From Phycisphaera mikurensis NBRC 102666 (GTDB lineage Bacteria; Planctomycetota; Phycisphaerae; Phycisphaerales; Phycisphaeraceae): a stretch of 32,000 nt of DNA. The translations under genes and the position numbers were made by a program. The DNA lies in assembly GCF_000284115.1 (NCBI RefSeq), contig NC_017080.1, positions 3,600,001-3,632,000 on the forward strand, written 5' to 3'. Positions 10,804-22,008 of the stretch are shown here, piece after piece (position 1 is the stretch's first letter; the number at the start of each line of letters is the position of its first letter). Under the pieces are notes generated by a model. The model was not told where the DNA came from. It did not search any database and saw only the letters and a program-made list of their open reading frames with translations.

Positions 10804-11787
10804 ATGAACGTGACACCAACGAAGGAACAGATCCGCGGGTGCCTGCTCGGGCACGCGGTCGGCGACGCGCTGGGGGTGCCGGTGGAGTTCGCCGGGCGCG
10901 ACGCCCGCGACCGCGACCCGGTCACCGGCATGCGTGCGTACGGCACGCACCACCAGCCGGCGGGGACGTGGTCGGACGATCACTCGCTGACGCTCGCGAG
11001 CGCGGTGGCGCTGACGGAGCGCGGGTGGGACCTGCACGCGATGGCGGACGAGTTCACCGGCTGGCTGTTCCGCGGGAAGCACCTGCCCCGCGGGAGCGTC
11101 TTCGACGTGGGCGGGGCGACGCGGGAGGCGATCTCGAAGCTCGACCGCGGCGTGAAGCCCGAGGAGGCCGGCGGAACCCGCGAGAGCAGCAACGGGAACG
11201 GGAGCCTGATGCGGATGGCGCCGGCGGCCCTCTTCTGCGCCGGCGACACGCCGGAGGGGCGGCGGCTGCGCATCACGAACGCGAGCCGGCTGACGCACGG
11301 GCACCCACGGACGCTCGCGGTCTGCGCCCTGTACGCGGAGATCGTCGCGACGCTGGTGGCGGGTTCCGACCTGCCGAGCTCGCTCGACGCCGCACGCTCG
11401 CGGCTGGCGCCGGTCTTCTACAGCCGGTACGCCGAGGAAGAACCGCACCTCCACAAGCTGATGACCGCCGACTTCGCGACGCTTCCGCGGAGCGAGATCA
11501 GCGGCAGCGGCTACGTCGTTCACACGCTGGAGGCGGCGCTTTGGTGCTGCCTGAACTTTCCCGACGACTACGCCACGCCGGTGCTCGCGGCGGTGAACCT
11601 GGGGCTCGACACCGACACGACCGGAGCGGTGACGGGGTCGCTGGCGGGGCTGATCCACGGCGAAACTCGGCTTCCCGCCGGGTCTCGCGGGGACGCGGGC
11701 ATCCCGGAGGTGTGGCTGGCGGCGCTCACGCGGCGGGAGCACCTGGAGGAGGTCTGCCACGGGCTCGCGGGGGCGGTGTCCGCGTAG
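10804..11787 (+). CDS. ADP-ribosylglycohydrolase family protein
   Basis: MNVTPTKEQIRGCLLGHAVGDALGVPVEF...TWSDDHSLTLASA...GNGSLMRMAPAAL...LGLDTDTTGAVTGSLAGLIHG, DraG/ARH family motifs. Confidence 0.9.
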   Translation: MNVTPTKEQIRGCLLGHAVGDALGVPVEFAGRDARDRDPVTGMRAYGTHHQPAGTWSDDHSLTLASAVALTERGWDLHAMADEFTGWLFRGKHLPRGSVFDVGGATREAISKLDRGVKPEEAGGTRESSNGNGSLMRMAPAALFCAGDTPEGRRLRITNASRLTHGHPRTLAVCALYAEIVATLVAGSDLPSSLDAARSRLAPVFYSRYAEEEPHLHKLMTADFATLPRSEISGSGYVVHTLEAALWCCLNFPDDYATPVLAAVNLGLDTDTTGAVTGSLAGLIHGETRLPAGSRGDAGIPEVWLAALTRREHLEEVCHGLAGAVSA

Positions 11788-11890
11788 CGGGCGGGACCGG
11801 CGGACCCGTCCGCGGCCGAGCCCTTCTCCCGCTCGTGCCCGCGTTGCGTGGCGACGCGGCTGGCGCAGGCGAGCACGCGACGCTGTTCCC

Positions 11891-12050
11891 TTAGCGCACC
11901 GCGCGCAATTTTCCGATCGCCTCTGCGGGCGAGTCGTGCCCCTCGCTTCGGCGGCTGCATCGCCCTGCAGGGGCAGGGCTGCTTCGCCTCCTCACGAGGA
12001 ACACGACGCGCGGACGCAGGCCGATCGGAAAATTGCGCACGATGCTCTAG
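11891..12050 (-). repeat. 160-bp palindromic MITE-like element, copy 1
   Basis: Reverse complement CTAGAGCATCGTGCGCAATTTTCCGATCGGCCTGCGTCC...GGCGATCGGAAAATTGCGCGCGGTGCGCTAA is nearly identical to copies at 25061 and 28875. No gene content. Confidence 0.9.
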
Positions 12051-12174
12051 AACGCCGCCGGCGAGCGGCGGACGAGCAGGAGCCAACGGGAGCGGACGGT
12101 ACGCAGCACGCCGGCGGGGACGTCGCGGGCGAGGAGATCGCCGCCGAGCGGGCGCCGCGGTCGCGGGAAGCTGG

Positions 12175-13734
<1,560 letters not shown>

Positions 13735-13739
13735 TCACC

Positions 13740-14300
<561 letters not shown>

Positions 14301-14322
14301 GGCGGGATCGTACGGACGGGGC

Positions 14323-16347
14323 TTAGACCCGGCCGGGCCGGTCGAGCACGAACAGCACGTGGCGGTGCAGGCCGCGGCTGAGGTGGCGGGTCTGGGCGGG
14401 GACGAGCTCGGCGGCGGCGAAGCGTCCGGCCCAGACCTGCTCCCTCGCGAAGCGCAGCGGCCCGGCGAGGCCGTCGCGGCCACCGCCCCGCAGCCCGTTG
14501 AAGAAGCGGTCGAGCCGCGTGAGCAGCCAGAGGCCGCCGGCGGTGCGGTACACGCTCTCGGCGACCAGCAGCCGGCCGCCGGGCCGGACGACGCGGACGG
14601 CCTCCGCGAGCACGGCTTCGGGGTCGTCGCAGTGGTGGAGGACGGTGAGCACCGTCGCCGCGTCGAAAGCGCCGTCGCGGAACGGCAGCCGCCGGCCGTC
14701 GCAGGCGAGCACGGGGGCGGCGGCTCCCGCTTCGGCGTCCACGTCGACCCCGACCGCGGTGAGGCCGGTCCGCCGCGCGAGCGCCGCGGTCACGAGGCCC
14801 TCCCCGCAGCCGACGTCCAGCAACCGCCCCTCCTCCGGGAGGAAGCCCGACAGCCGCGCCGCCTTCCACTCCGCCCGCGCCCTCATCAGGGGGCCGATCC
14901 ACAGCGGCCGGGCGTCGTGGAAGAGCAGCAGCACCGCCACGCCGCCCCACTCGATCGTCATCACCCAACCCGGCACGCCCCACGCCGGGAGCGTCGGGTC
15001 ATAGGCGAGGTGGGTGAGCGGGACGGTGGCCGCGAGCCAGAGCAGGGCCGGCCGGCCGACGCGCGTGAGCGGGACGAGCCAGAGCACCCCCATCAGGTAC
15101 CAGGGGTGAACCGTTGGGGACAGCAGCAGGTACGCGCCGAAGAGAGCGGCCAGAAGCCCGGGGATCCGCGCCGCGTCGCGGCCGCGCCACGCCCGCCAGA
15201 GCACCGCCGAAGCGACGCCCCCGAAGACCGCGAGCAGGAGCCGCGACGCGATCTGCGCCGAGAGCGTTGGGTCGCCCGTGCCGGCGAGTGCGACCCGCTG
15301 GAGCCCGACGAACAGCGGGTTGTTGAAGTGGAAATAGCCGGCGTAGAGGGCGAGCGACGCCCGCACGCCCGCGCCGTGCGGCGGGCCCAGCAGCGGCCAG
15401 AGCAGGGCGACGCCGGCGGCCGTCGCCGCCGAGAGCAACGCCCAGCGGGCCCGGCCGCGGAGCCGGGCCGCGAGGACCGCGGCCGCCGCGATCGGGAACA
15501 GCTTCACCGCGGCGGCGACCGCGATGCAGAGCCCGGCGAGCGCGGCCGCCGGGGGCGGACACGCCGGCTCGGCTCCGGCTCGGGGCGGGGCCGCAGCGGC
15601 GGTCGCCCCGGAGCCGGATCGCGGAGGCTCGACCGGCCGACGCGGAAGCACCAGGCCCACCGCCGCGATCAGCGGGAGCGTGAGCAGCGCCTCGGTGTGC
15701 ATCCCCCCCACGGCCTCCACCGCCGGAAGCGGGTGCCACGCGTAGAGGATCGCCCACCCCGGGTGCCGGCCCAGCCGCCGGAGCACGAGCAGGAGCACCC
15801 CGACGGCGGCGAGGTCGACCGAGCCGAAGATCAAGCGGAGCGCGGCGACGCCGCCGTCGAGCGTCCCGCCGCCCAGCGACCAAGCCGCCGCGAACGCCGC
15901 CTGGCTCACCGGCGGGTAGACCGAGCGGAAGCCGCGGCTGTTCATGCCGTGGAGCAGCCGCGTCGCCTCGGCGGACGGCGGATCCGCGGCGGCGGACGCG
16001 TCCGGCGTCGCCGCGTAGGGGCTGCGGGCCGCAAGCGACTCGCGGCCGTCCCACAGGTAGCGGTTGAAGTCGGTCGAGAGCGTGTCCGCCATCGGCAGCA
16101 CGAGCCCCCGCGTCAGCGCAGCGACGAGCAGCACCCAGACCGCCGCCTCCCGCGTCGGCAGACGCCGCGCCGCCGCCACGCCCAGGAGCCCGGCGAGGCA
16201 GCCGATCGCCCAGGCCGCCGAGACTTCCAGCGTCACCGTCCGCGGGTCCGCGACCGCCGCGTGCACCGCCGCCGGGCCGACCGCCCCGGCGGCCGCGAGC
16301 AGCAGCCACACCCGCGGCTGGGTTCTGCCGGAGGAGGAGCCGTGCAT
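14323..16347 (-). CDS. Polytopic membrane glycosyltransferase (mannosyltransferase/GT87-like) fused to a C-terminal class I SAM methyltransferase
   Basis: Many hydrophobic helices with FNRYLWDGRESLAARSPYAATPD, RSVYPPVSQAAFA and GWAILYAWHPLPAVEAVGGMHTEALL. The same ORF continues into GRLLDVGCGEGLVTAALARRTG...FDAATVLTVLHHCDDPEAVLAEAVRVVRPGGRLLV. Confidence 0.8.
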   Translation of the reverse strand: MHGSSSGRTQPRVWLLLAAAGAVGPAAVHAAVADPRTVTLEVSAAWAIGCLAGLLGVAAARRLPTREAAVWVLLVAALTRGLVLPMADTLSTDFNRYLWDGRESLAARSPYAATPDASAAADPPSAEATRLLHGMNSRGFRSVYPPVSQAAFAAAWSLGGGTLDGGVAALRLIFGSVDLAAVGVLLLVLRRLGRHPGWAILYAWHPLPAVEAVGGMHTEALLTLPLIAAVGLVLPRRPVEPPRSGSGATAAAAPPRAGAEPACPPPAAALAGLCIAVAAAVKLFPIAAAAVLAARLRGRARWALLSAATAAGVALLWPLLGPPHGAGVRASLALYAGYFHFNNPLFVGLQRVALAGTGDPTLSAQIASRLLLAVFGGVASAVLWRAWRGRDAARIPGLLAALFGAYLLLSPTVHPWYLMGVLWLVPLTRVGRPALLWLAATVPLTHLAYDPTLPAWGVPGWVMTIEWGGVAVLLLFHDARPLWIGPLMRARAEWKAARLSGFLPEEGRLLDVGCGEGLVTAALARRTGLTAVGVDVDAEAGAAAPVLACDGRRLPFRDGAFDAATVLTVLHHCDDPEAVLAEAVRVVRPGGRLLVAESVYRTAGGLWLLTRLDRFFNGLRGGGRDGLAGPLRFAREQVWAGRFAAAELVPAQTRHLSRGLHRHVLFVLDRPGRV

Positions 16348-16380
16348 CACGCGGCCGAAGCTACGCGGACGCCGGCGGAT

Positions 16381-16426
16381 CCGCGGACCGCCGGCGCCGG
16401 TCGCCGTTACGCCCCGCGGTCCGCGG
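16381..16426. repeat. 46-bp dispersed palindromic motif CCGCGGACC-N28-GGTCCGCGG
   Basis: Cores 16381-16389 and 16418-16426; 12-bp perfect arms. Between the GH20 and glycosyltransferase-methyltransferase genes. Confidence 0.75.
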
Positions 16427-16439
16427 ACGCCCGCGGCGC

Positions 16440-18200
16440 TTAGAAGTTCCCGCTGGTCCGCACGGCGCCCGCGTCGGCTCCGGTCACCCGCAGCGGCTTC
16501 TCCAGCTTCCGCACCGAGTCCTCCAGCCCGCCGGGCCGCGACCGGATCGCCCACAGCGCCCGGTGCTCGGCCGCGAGCCCCTCGAGCTCGGCCCGCATCG
16601 CCGGGCCCGCGCCGGCGTCGCCGCCGCGCAGCCGCTCGCCGGCACGCCGGCAGGACCACCGCGCCAGCGCCGCCGAGAAGGCGGCCTCGCGGACCAGCAG
16701 CGCCGCCTCCTCCGTCCGCGTCTCGACGGATCCGAGCCGGCCGAGCACCGCGTCCAGCGCCGCCTCGCCCGCGTCGGTGTCCGCCGTCGACAGCCGCGCG
16801 AGCGGCTCCTCCGCGATCGGCAGCTCCGGCGCGTGCAGGAAGCGGAACCACCACGTCGCGTTGTGCCAGCGTGCGTCGCTGCTCTCGTAGGCGTTGGCGA
16901 GGTCCCAGAGGATGGCGCCAAGCCCGGGATCTTCCTCGTCGGCGGCCACGCGGGAGATCGCGCGGGGCAGGGCGTCGGTGTCGCCGTTGGTCCGGAGGCA
17001 CCACGCGACGCCGGAGCCGAAGACCAGCCCGACCCACGACACCGCCTGCGTCTGCCAGTGGCCGTGGTCGCCCCACTCGGTGTTGAGGTAGCCCTCGGCG
17101 CCGAAGCGGATGCCGGCCTCGGCGGCGTCCCGCTGGTTGTCGGTGGCGTTGCGGCCGCGGCCGGTGAGCGAGCACCACGACGACGTGCCGGGGCAGACGT
17201 AGAAGCGGACACCCGCTTGCTGGAACCGCTCGCTCTCGGGGGCGAAGCTCTTGATCGACTCGTAGTTCCAGTTCACCAGCACGCCCTCGGGCGGCAGCTC
17301 TGCGATCAGCTCGGGGTGGTTGAGCACGATGTCGCCGAAGTAGATCGGCGTCTTGCCCCGCTCGCTCACGCGGGCGCAGAGCCGCTTGAGGTACCCGAGG
17401 TAGACGTGAGCCTTGCCTTCTCTCTCGCAGGCTTCCTTGCTCTTGCCCTGGCCGAGGTCGAAGGTTTCGTCGCAGCCGATGTTGAAGAGCGTGGCGTCGG
17501 ACGCGGCGCACAGCTGGTCGATGAGGTCGGCCGACAGCTCGAAGGCCTCCGGCAGGACCGGCGCCAGCGAGCAGGTGCCCGGCCGCCAGCCCCAGGGGCT
17601 CTCGAAGCCCTCGTCCACCTCCGCGAGGTGGTGGTACGCCGGCAGGTCGAGCCAGCGCTCCATGTGGCCGAACAGGTTCTGGCAGGGGACCAGCTCGATG
17701 AAGTGCTCGCGGCAGAGGCGCTGGATCTCGCCGAGCTCCTCGAAGGTGAAAGGCGAGGCGTCCTTCCACGCGGGCTCGTGGCCGGCGTAGCGGATCGTGT
17801 GCTCGGTGTAGAGCTCCAGGTGGTTCACGCGGAGCCGGCCGAGGCGTGGGATCAGCGTGTCGCGGAGGAACGCCATCGACGGCACCCGGTCGCGGCTGCA
17901 GTCGAGCATGTAGCCGCGGACGGCGAGGTCGGGGTGGTCCACGATCTCGCCGCAGGGCAGGCGCTGCGGCGCGCCCAGCCGCAGCTGCCGCAGCGCCTCG
18001 CGGCCGTAGAAGAGGCCCGCTTCGTCGTGCGCGACCAGATCGACGCCGTCGCCGCGGACCGTGAGCCGGAAGCTCTCTTTTCGCCCGCGGTCCGCGGGGT
18101 CGACCCGCTCGCTCACCGGGGCGTCGGCGGCGGCGGTGCCCTCGGCGGCGGTGACCGATTGCGGCGCGGGAAAGAGGAACAGGTCGGGGAGGTTCAGCAT
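16440..18200 (-). CDS. Family 20-like glycoside hydrolase (beta-N-acetylhexosaminidase-like)
   Basis: DHPDLAVRGYMLDCSRDRVPSM, RVNHLELYTEHTIRY, ELVPCQNLFGHMERWL, and TLFNIGCDETFDLGQGKS with an Asp-Glu catalytic-type pair. Confidence 0.8.
   Translation of the reverse strand: MLNLPDLFLFPAPQSVTAAEGTAAADAPVSERVDPADRGRKESFRLTVRGDGVDLVAHDEAGLFYGREALRQLRLGAPQRLPCGEIVDHPDLAVRGYMLDCSRDRVPSMAFLRDTLIPRLGRLRVNHLELYTEHTIRYAGHEPAWKDASPFTFEELGEIQRLCREHFIELVPCQNLFGHMERWLDLPAYHHLAEVDEGFESPWGWRPGTCSLAPVLPEAFELSADLIDQLCAASDATLFNIGCDETFDLGQGKSKEACEREGKAHVYLGYLKRLCARVSERGKTPIYFGDIVLNHPELIAELPPEGVLVNWNYESIKSFAPESERFQQAGVRFYVCPGTSSWCSLTGRGRNATDNQRDAAEAGIRFGAEGYLNTEWGDHGHWQTQAVSWVGLVFGSGVAWCLRTNGDTDALPRAISRVAADEEDPGLGAILWDLANAYESSDARWHNATWWFRFLHAPELPIAEEPLARLSTADTDAGEAALDAVLGRLGSVETRTEEAALLVREAAFSAALARWSCRRAGERLRGGDAGAGPAMRAELEGLAAEHRALWAIRSRPGGLEDSVRKLEKPLRVTGADAGAVRTSGNF
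18052..18097. repeat. 46-bp dispersed palindromic motif CCGCGGACC-N28-GGTCCGCGG
   Basis: Cores 18052-18060 and 18089-18097, inside the GH20 gene. Confidence 0.7.
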
Positions 18201-18292
18201 GGGACCGGGACCGGATCGGGTGTCGGCCGTGCGAGCCTAGAGGGAGCCGGCACGCTCTCCCGGTGCGGGACGCGCTGCTTTACGCTGCGCCG

Positions 18293-19954
18293 ATGAGCGA
18301 CGAGACGGTGCACACGAACCTCGTCGACCTCCACGCCCGCGCGGTGCGGCCGGCGACGATCCGGGTGGAGGGCGGGAGGATCGCGGCGATCCAGCCGCTG
18401 GCGGGAGGCGCGGAAGCCCGCGGGTTCGCGCTGCCCGGCTTCGTCGACGCCCACGTGCACGTGGAGAGCTCGATGCTCACGCCGGCGAACTTCGCGGCGG
18501 CGGCGGTGGTGCACGGGACGGTGGCGAGCGTGAGCGACCCGCACGAGATCGCCAACGTGCTGGGGGTGGAGGGCGTCCGCTGGATGCTCGACAACGCGGG
18601 GTCGTCGCCGTTCCGGTTCGCGTTCGGAGCGCCGTCCTGCGTGCCGGCGACCGCGTTCGAGACGGCGGGCGCCGCGCTCTCGGTGGCCGACGTCACCGGC
18701 CTGCTCGACGACGACCGGATCTTCTACCTCTCCGAGGTGATGAACTTCCCCGGGGTGCTCGGCGGCGACCCGGACCTGCTCGCGATGATCGCCGCGGCGG
18801 AGCAGCGGGGCAAGCCGGTGGACGGGCACGCGCCCGGGCTGCGGGGGGAGGACGCGCGGGCTTACCTCCGGCGCGGGATCGCGACCGACCACGAGTGCTT
18901 CACGCTGGAGGAGGCCGAGGACAAGCTGGCCTTGAGCGGCACGAAGGTCCTGATCCGCGAGGGGTCCGCGGCCCGCAACTTCGACGCCCTGTGGCCGCTG
19001 ATCGACCGCTTCCCCGGCCGTGTGATGTTCTGCTCGGACGACAAGCACCCCGATCAGCTGCGTCCTCCGGCCGAGGGTGGCTGGCACATCAACCGGCTGT
19101 GTGCCCGGGCCGTGGCCAACGGCTGCGACGTGTTCCACACGCTGCGGGCGGCGTGCGTGACCCCGGTGGAGCACTACGGCCTGCCGGTGGGGCTGCTCCG
19201 CGTCGGCGACCCCGCCGACTTCGTCATCGTGGAGGACCTGGCGGGCTTCGCGGTGACGCGGACGCTCCTCGGCGGCGTGGAGGTCGCGGCGGGCGGCGTG
19301 TCGCGCATCAGCCCCCCGCTCGCGACAGCACCCAACCGCTTCGCCGCCGAGCCGGTCGACGCCGCCGCGTTCGCGGTGCCCGCCGCAGGAGGCGCGACGG
19401 TCGCGGCGATCGTGCCCGAGGACGGGCAGCTGGTGACCGGCCGGCGGGACGTCGCGGCGACGGTGCGCAGCGGCGCCGCCGTATCGGACCCGGGCCGCGG
19501 GCTCCTGAAGCTCGCCGTCGTCAACCGGTACACGCCGGGCGTCGCGCCGGCCGTCTGCTTCGTCGAGGGCTTCGGCCTCACGCGCGGCGCCATCGCCGGC
19601 TCGGTCGCGCACGACTCGCACAACGTGCTGGTCGTGGGCGCGGACGACGAGGCGATGGCCGCTGCGGTGAACGCGGTGGTGGCCGAGCGCGGCGGGCTGG
19701 CGGCTGCCGACGGCAGCCGGGTGGAGGTGCTGCCGCTGCCGGTGGCGGGTTTGATGTCGCTGGCTGCGGTGGACGAGGTCGCCGGCCGCTACCTGGAGCT
19801 CGACGCGATGGCCAGGGCGATGGGCTCGACGCTGCAGGCGCCCTTCATGACGCTGTCGTTCATGGCCCTGCTGGTGATCCCGGCGCTCAAGCTCTCGGAC
19901 CGCGGCCTCTTCGACGGCACGCGATTTTCCTTCACCGAGTCGGTGACCGCGTAA
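18293..19954 (+). CDS. ade: Adenine deaminase
   Basis: LPGFVDAHVHVESSMLTPANFA, GTVASVSDPHEIANVLGVEG, PSCVPATAFETAGA, GKPVDGHAPGL, IATDHECFTLEEAEDKL, RVMFCSDDKHPDQL and SFMALLVIPALKLSDRGLFDG. Confidence 0.95.
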   Translation: MSDETVHTNLVDLHARAVRPATIRVEGGRIAAIQPLAGGAEARGFALPGFVDAHVHVESSMLTPANFAAAAVVHGTVASVSDPHEIANVLGVEGVRWMLDNAGSSPFRFAFGAPSCVPATAFETAGAALSVADVTGLLDDDRIFYLSEVMNFPGVLGGDPDLLAMIAAAEQRGKPVDGHAPGLRGEDARAYLRRGIATDHECFTLEEAEDKLALSGTKVLIREGSAARNFDALWPLIDRFPGRVMFCSDDKHPDQLRPPAEGGWHINRLCARAVANGCDVFHTLRAACVTPVEHYGLPVGLLRVGDPADFVIVEDLAGFAVTRTLLGGVEVAAGGVSRISPPLATAPNRFAAEPVDAAAFAVPAAGGATVAAIVPEDGQLVTGRRDVAATVRSGAAVSDPGRGLLKLAVVNRYTPGVAPAVCFVEGFGLTRGAIAGSVAHDSHNVLVVGADDEAMAAAVNAVVAERGGLAAADGSRVEVLPLPVAGLMSLAAVDEVAGRYLELDAMARAMGSTLQAPFMTLSFMALLVIPALKLSDRGLFDGTRFSFTESVTA

Positions 19955-20093
19955 GCGAAGGCCACCGCCCCGGCCTGCCGCCGACGGCGGCGGCGTCGAC
20001 CGTGCACGCTCGGAAGACGTGCGGACTTCGCTGCGCCTCCACGCTGAAGCCCTCCGGGCTCCACGCCGCGGCGGTGGTCCCCACCGACCGGAG

Positions 20094-20139
20094 CCGCGGA
20101 CCGTCGGCGTTTCGGAGCGCAAGACGCGACGGTCCGCGG
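20094..20139. repeat. 46-bp dispersed palindromic motif CCGCGGACC-N28-GGTCCGCGG
   Basis: Cores 20094-20102 and 20131-20139; 13-bp perfect arms. Between convergent ade and hiuH; may also act as a terminator. Confidence 0.75.
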
Positions 20140-20141
20140 AC

Positions 20142-20459
20142 TCAGGAGCCGCGGTAGCTCGAGAAGCCGAAGGGCGACACCAGCAGCGGGACGTGGTGGT
20201 GGGACGCGGGGTCGGTGACCTCGAACCGCACCTCCACGGAGGGGTAGAAGCACGGCCGCCCGGAGAGCGCGAAGTACGCGGCGGTCTCGAAGCGGAGCAC
20301 GAAGACGCCGGCACCGACCGCGGGAAGCTCGCCGTAGCGGCCGTCGGCGTTGGTGGTTCCCTCGGCGAGCACGGCGCCGTCGGCGTCGCGGAGCCGCAGC
20401 GACATCCCGGCGGCGGGCACGCCGAGGGCGGTGTCGAGCACGTGGGTGGAGAGGCTCAC
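20142..20459 (-). CDS. hiuH: 5-hydroxyisourate hydrolase (transthyretin-like)
   Basis: GTG start; VSLSTHVLDTALGVPAAGMSLRLRD...TNADGRYGELP...FYPSVEVRFEV...HHHVPLLVSPFGFSSYRGS with the diagnostic C-terminal YRGS. Start overlaps the upstream gene stop (GTGA). Confidence 0.93.
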   Translation of the reverse strand: MSLSTHVLDTALGVPAAGMSLRLRDADGAVLAEGTTNADGRYGELPAVGAGVFVLRFETAAYFALSGRPCFYPSVEVRFEVTDPASHHHVPLLVSPFGFSSYRGS

Positions 20460-21343
20460 GTGGTGGGCGACTCCGCCGGGAGGACCCCGTTCGCGCGGAA
20501 GAACGCTTCGGCGTCGCGGAAGAATTGCGAGGGCATCGGATTCAGGTGGCTCAGCCGGTAGGTGTGGAAGGTGGCGTCGGGCCGGGCCGCCGCGTTGGCC
20601 TCGCCCATCGCGTAGGGCAGCACCTCGTCGATCTCGGAGTGCACGATCAGGACCGGCCCTTCGTAGAGGGCCAGCGCGGCGGTGACGTCCCAATCGTCGC
20701 GGATCAGGAAGCCGGGCACCCACAGGCTCCACGCGATCCGCGAGATGGAGGTGTAGGTGCTCTCGAGGATCAGCGCCGCCGCGGCCGGCCGCTGCGCGGC
20801 GACGGTCGCGACGATGCCGCCGCCCATGCTCCGGCCGTGGAGCACGATCCCGGCCGGGTCGACCCGCGGGTCGGCCGCGAGCCGGTCGAAGAAGGCGAGG
20901 TGGTCCGCGGTGATGCCCCTCTTGGTCGCTCTCCCGGTCGAGTGTCCGCAGCCGCGGTACTCCACGAGCAGCACCGAGACGCCCAGCGCGCGGTACATCG
21001 GGAACGCCTCCTCGTAATCCTCGATGAACTCCGCGTTGCCGTGGGCAAAGAGCACCACGGGCCCGGGCGCGGCCTCGCTCACGCCCTCGCCGGGATAGAA
21101 GTGCGCCGCGGTGCGGCCCTCCCCGTGCTCCGCCCACCAACGCTCGGCCCCGGGCGGCAGGTCCAGCTCCGCCCTTGGCTTCATGTGCTGCGCGGGGTAG
21201 AGCAGCGAACGCTCCAGCAGCATGATCAGCCCGCCGGAGAGCAGGAACAGGACGCCCACGAGCGGGCCGAGGCGCCGCAGCGAGCGGGCGAAGCCGCGGC
21301 GACGCGGGCGGGATTGCGGGTCGGGGTCGGAAGCGGCCTGCAT
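20456..21343 (-). CDS. Membrane-anchored alpha/beta hydrolase
   Basis: N-terminal TM segment (LVGVLFLLSGGLIMLLERSLLYP), VVLFAHGNAEFIEDY, nucleophile elbow VLHGRSMGGGIV, late acidic and His motifs (HSEIDEVLPY, LSHLNP). Confidence 0.85.
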   Translation of the reverse strand: MQAASDPDPQSRPRRRGFARSLRRLGPLVGVLFLLSGGLIMLLERSLLYPAQHMKPRAELDLPPGAERWWAEHGEGRTAAHFYPGEGVSEAAPGPVVLFAHGNAEFIEDYEEAFPMYRALGVSVLLVEYRGCGHSTGRATKRGITADHLAFFDRLAADPRVDPAGIVLHGRSMGGGIVATVAAQRPAAAALILESTYTSISRIAWSLWVPGFLIRDDWDVTAALALYEGPVLIVHSEIDEVLPYAMGEANAAARPDATFHTYRLSHLNPMPSQFFRDAEAFFRANGVLPAESPTT

Positions 21344-21462
21344 CGGCCGAGGCTACGGGGAAGCGGGAGAGAGCGAGAGAAAGAAAGATTGACAGAGAGG
21401 CACAGTTCCAGGCGGCCTTGCCGCGGCCGCCGGAGGCGGCACTTGCTGACTTCCTCTCTTCC

Positions 21463-22008
21463 TCACTCTCTCACTTCTGCGCTTGCTCCTTCCCCGTGCT
21501 CCGCCGTCAACAGCTTCGCGATCCGCAGCGCCGTGATCTTCCGCTGCTCCGCCGCGGCGACGGCGGCTTCCTTCTCCGGGGCGTTCCGCTGGCGGCGGAC
21601 GCAGGCGACGAGCATCTCGTCGGCGGTCCTGCCGGTGGCGCAGACGATGAAGGGCCAGCCGAACCTCGCCTCGTAGTTGGCGTTCTCCTCGGCCATGGCG
21701 GCTCTGGCCTCGGCGTCGGCGTCGCTCATGCCGGCCTGCTCACCCGCGGACCACTCTCGGTTGCCCGCGGACCGTGAGCGCTCGGAGCCGGGACGCTCGC
21801 CGATCCGCGGGTGGGCTTCGAAGGCTTCGAGCCAGTGGCCTTCCCCCATCGCCTCGAAGATCATCCCCGCCGCCTCGTGCAGTTCCGCGAGCGAGCGGAA
21901 GGGCCGCGAGGCGGCCATCTGCTGCGCCCACCAGCGCGTGCCGCAGCAGGCCAGGAAGGCGGCGGTGGCGTCGGTTTCGCGCAGGGCGTTCAGGTCGTTG
22001 AGCGTCAT
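21463..22008 (-). CDS. uraD: 2-oxo-4-hydroxy-4-carboxy-5-ureidoimidazoline (OHCU) decarboxylase
   Basis: MTLNDLNAL...CCGTRWWAQQMAASRPF...WLEAFEAHPRIGER...WSAGEQAG...NANYEARFGWPFIVCATGRTADEML. Confidence 0.92.
   Translation of the reverse strand: MTLNDLNALRETDATAAFLACCGTRWWAQQMAASRPFRSLAELHEAAGMIFEAMGEGHWLEAFEAHPRIGERPGSERSRSAGNREWSAGEQAGMSDADAEARAAMAEENANYEARFGWPFIVCATGRTADEMLVACVRRQRNAPEKEAAVAAAEQRKITALRIAKLLTAEHGEGASAEVRE

Noticed and set aside
10804-11787. ADP-ribosylglycohydrolase plus Uma2 as parts of an anti-phage defence system
   Set aside because: They are 12 kb apart with housekeeping or catabolic neighbours and no toxin, transferase or restriction partner. Known metabolic roles explain them better.
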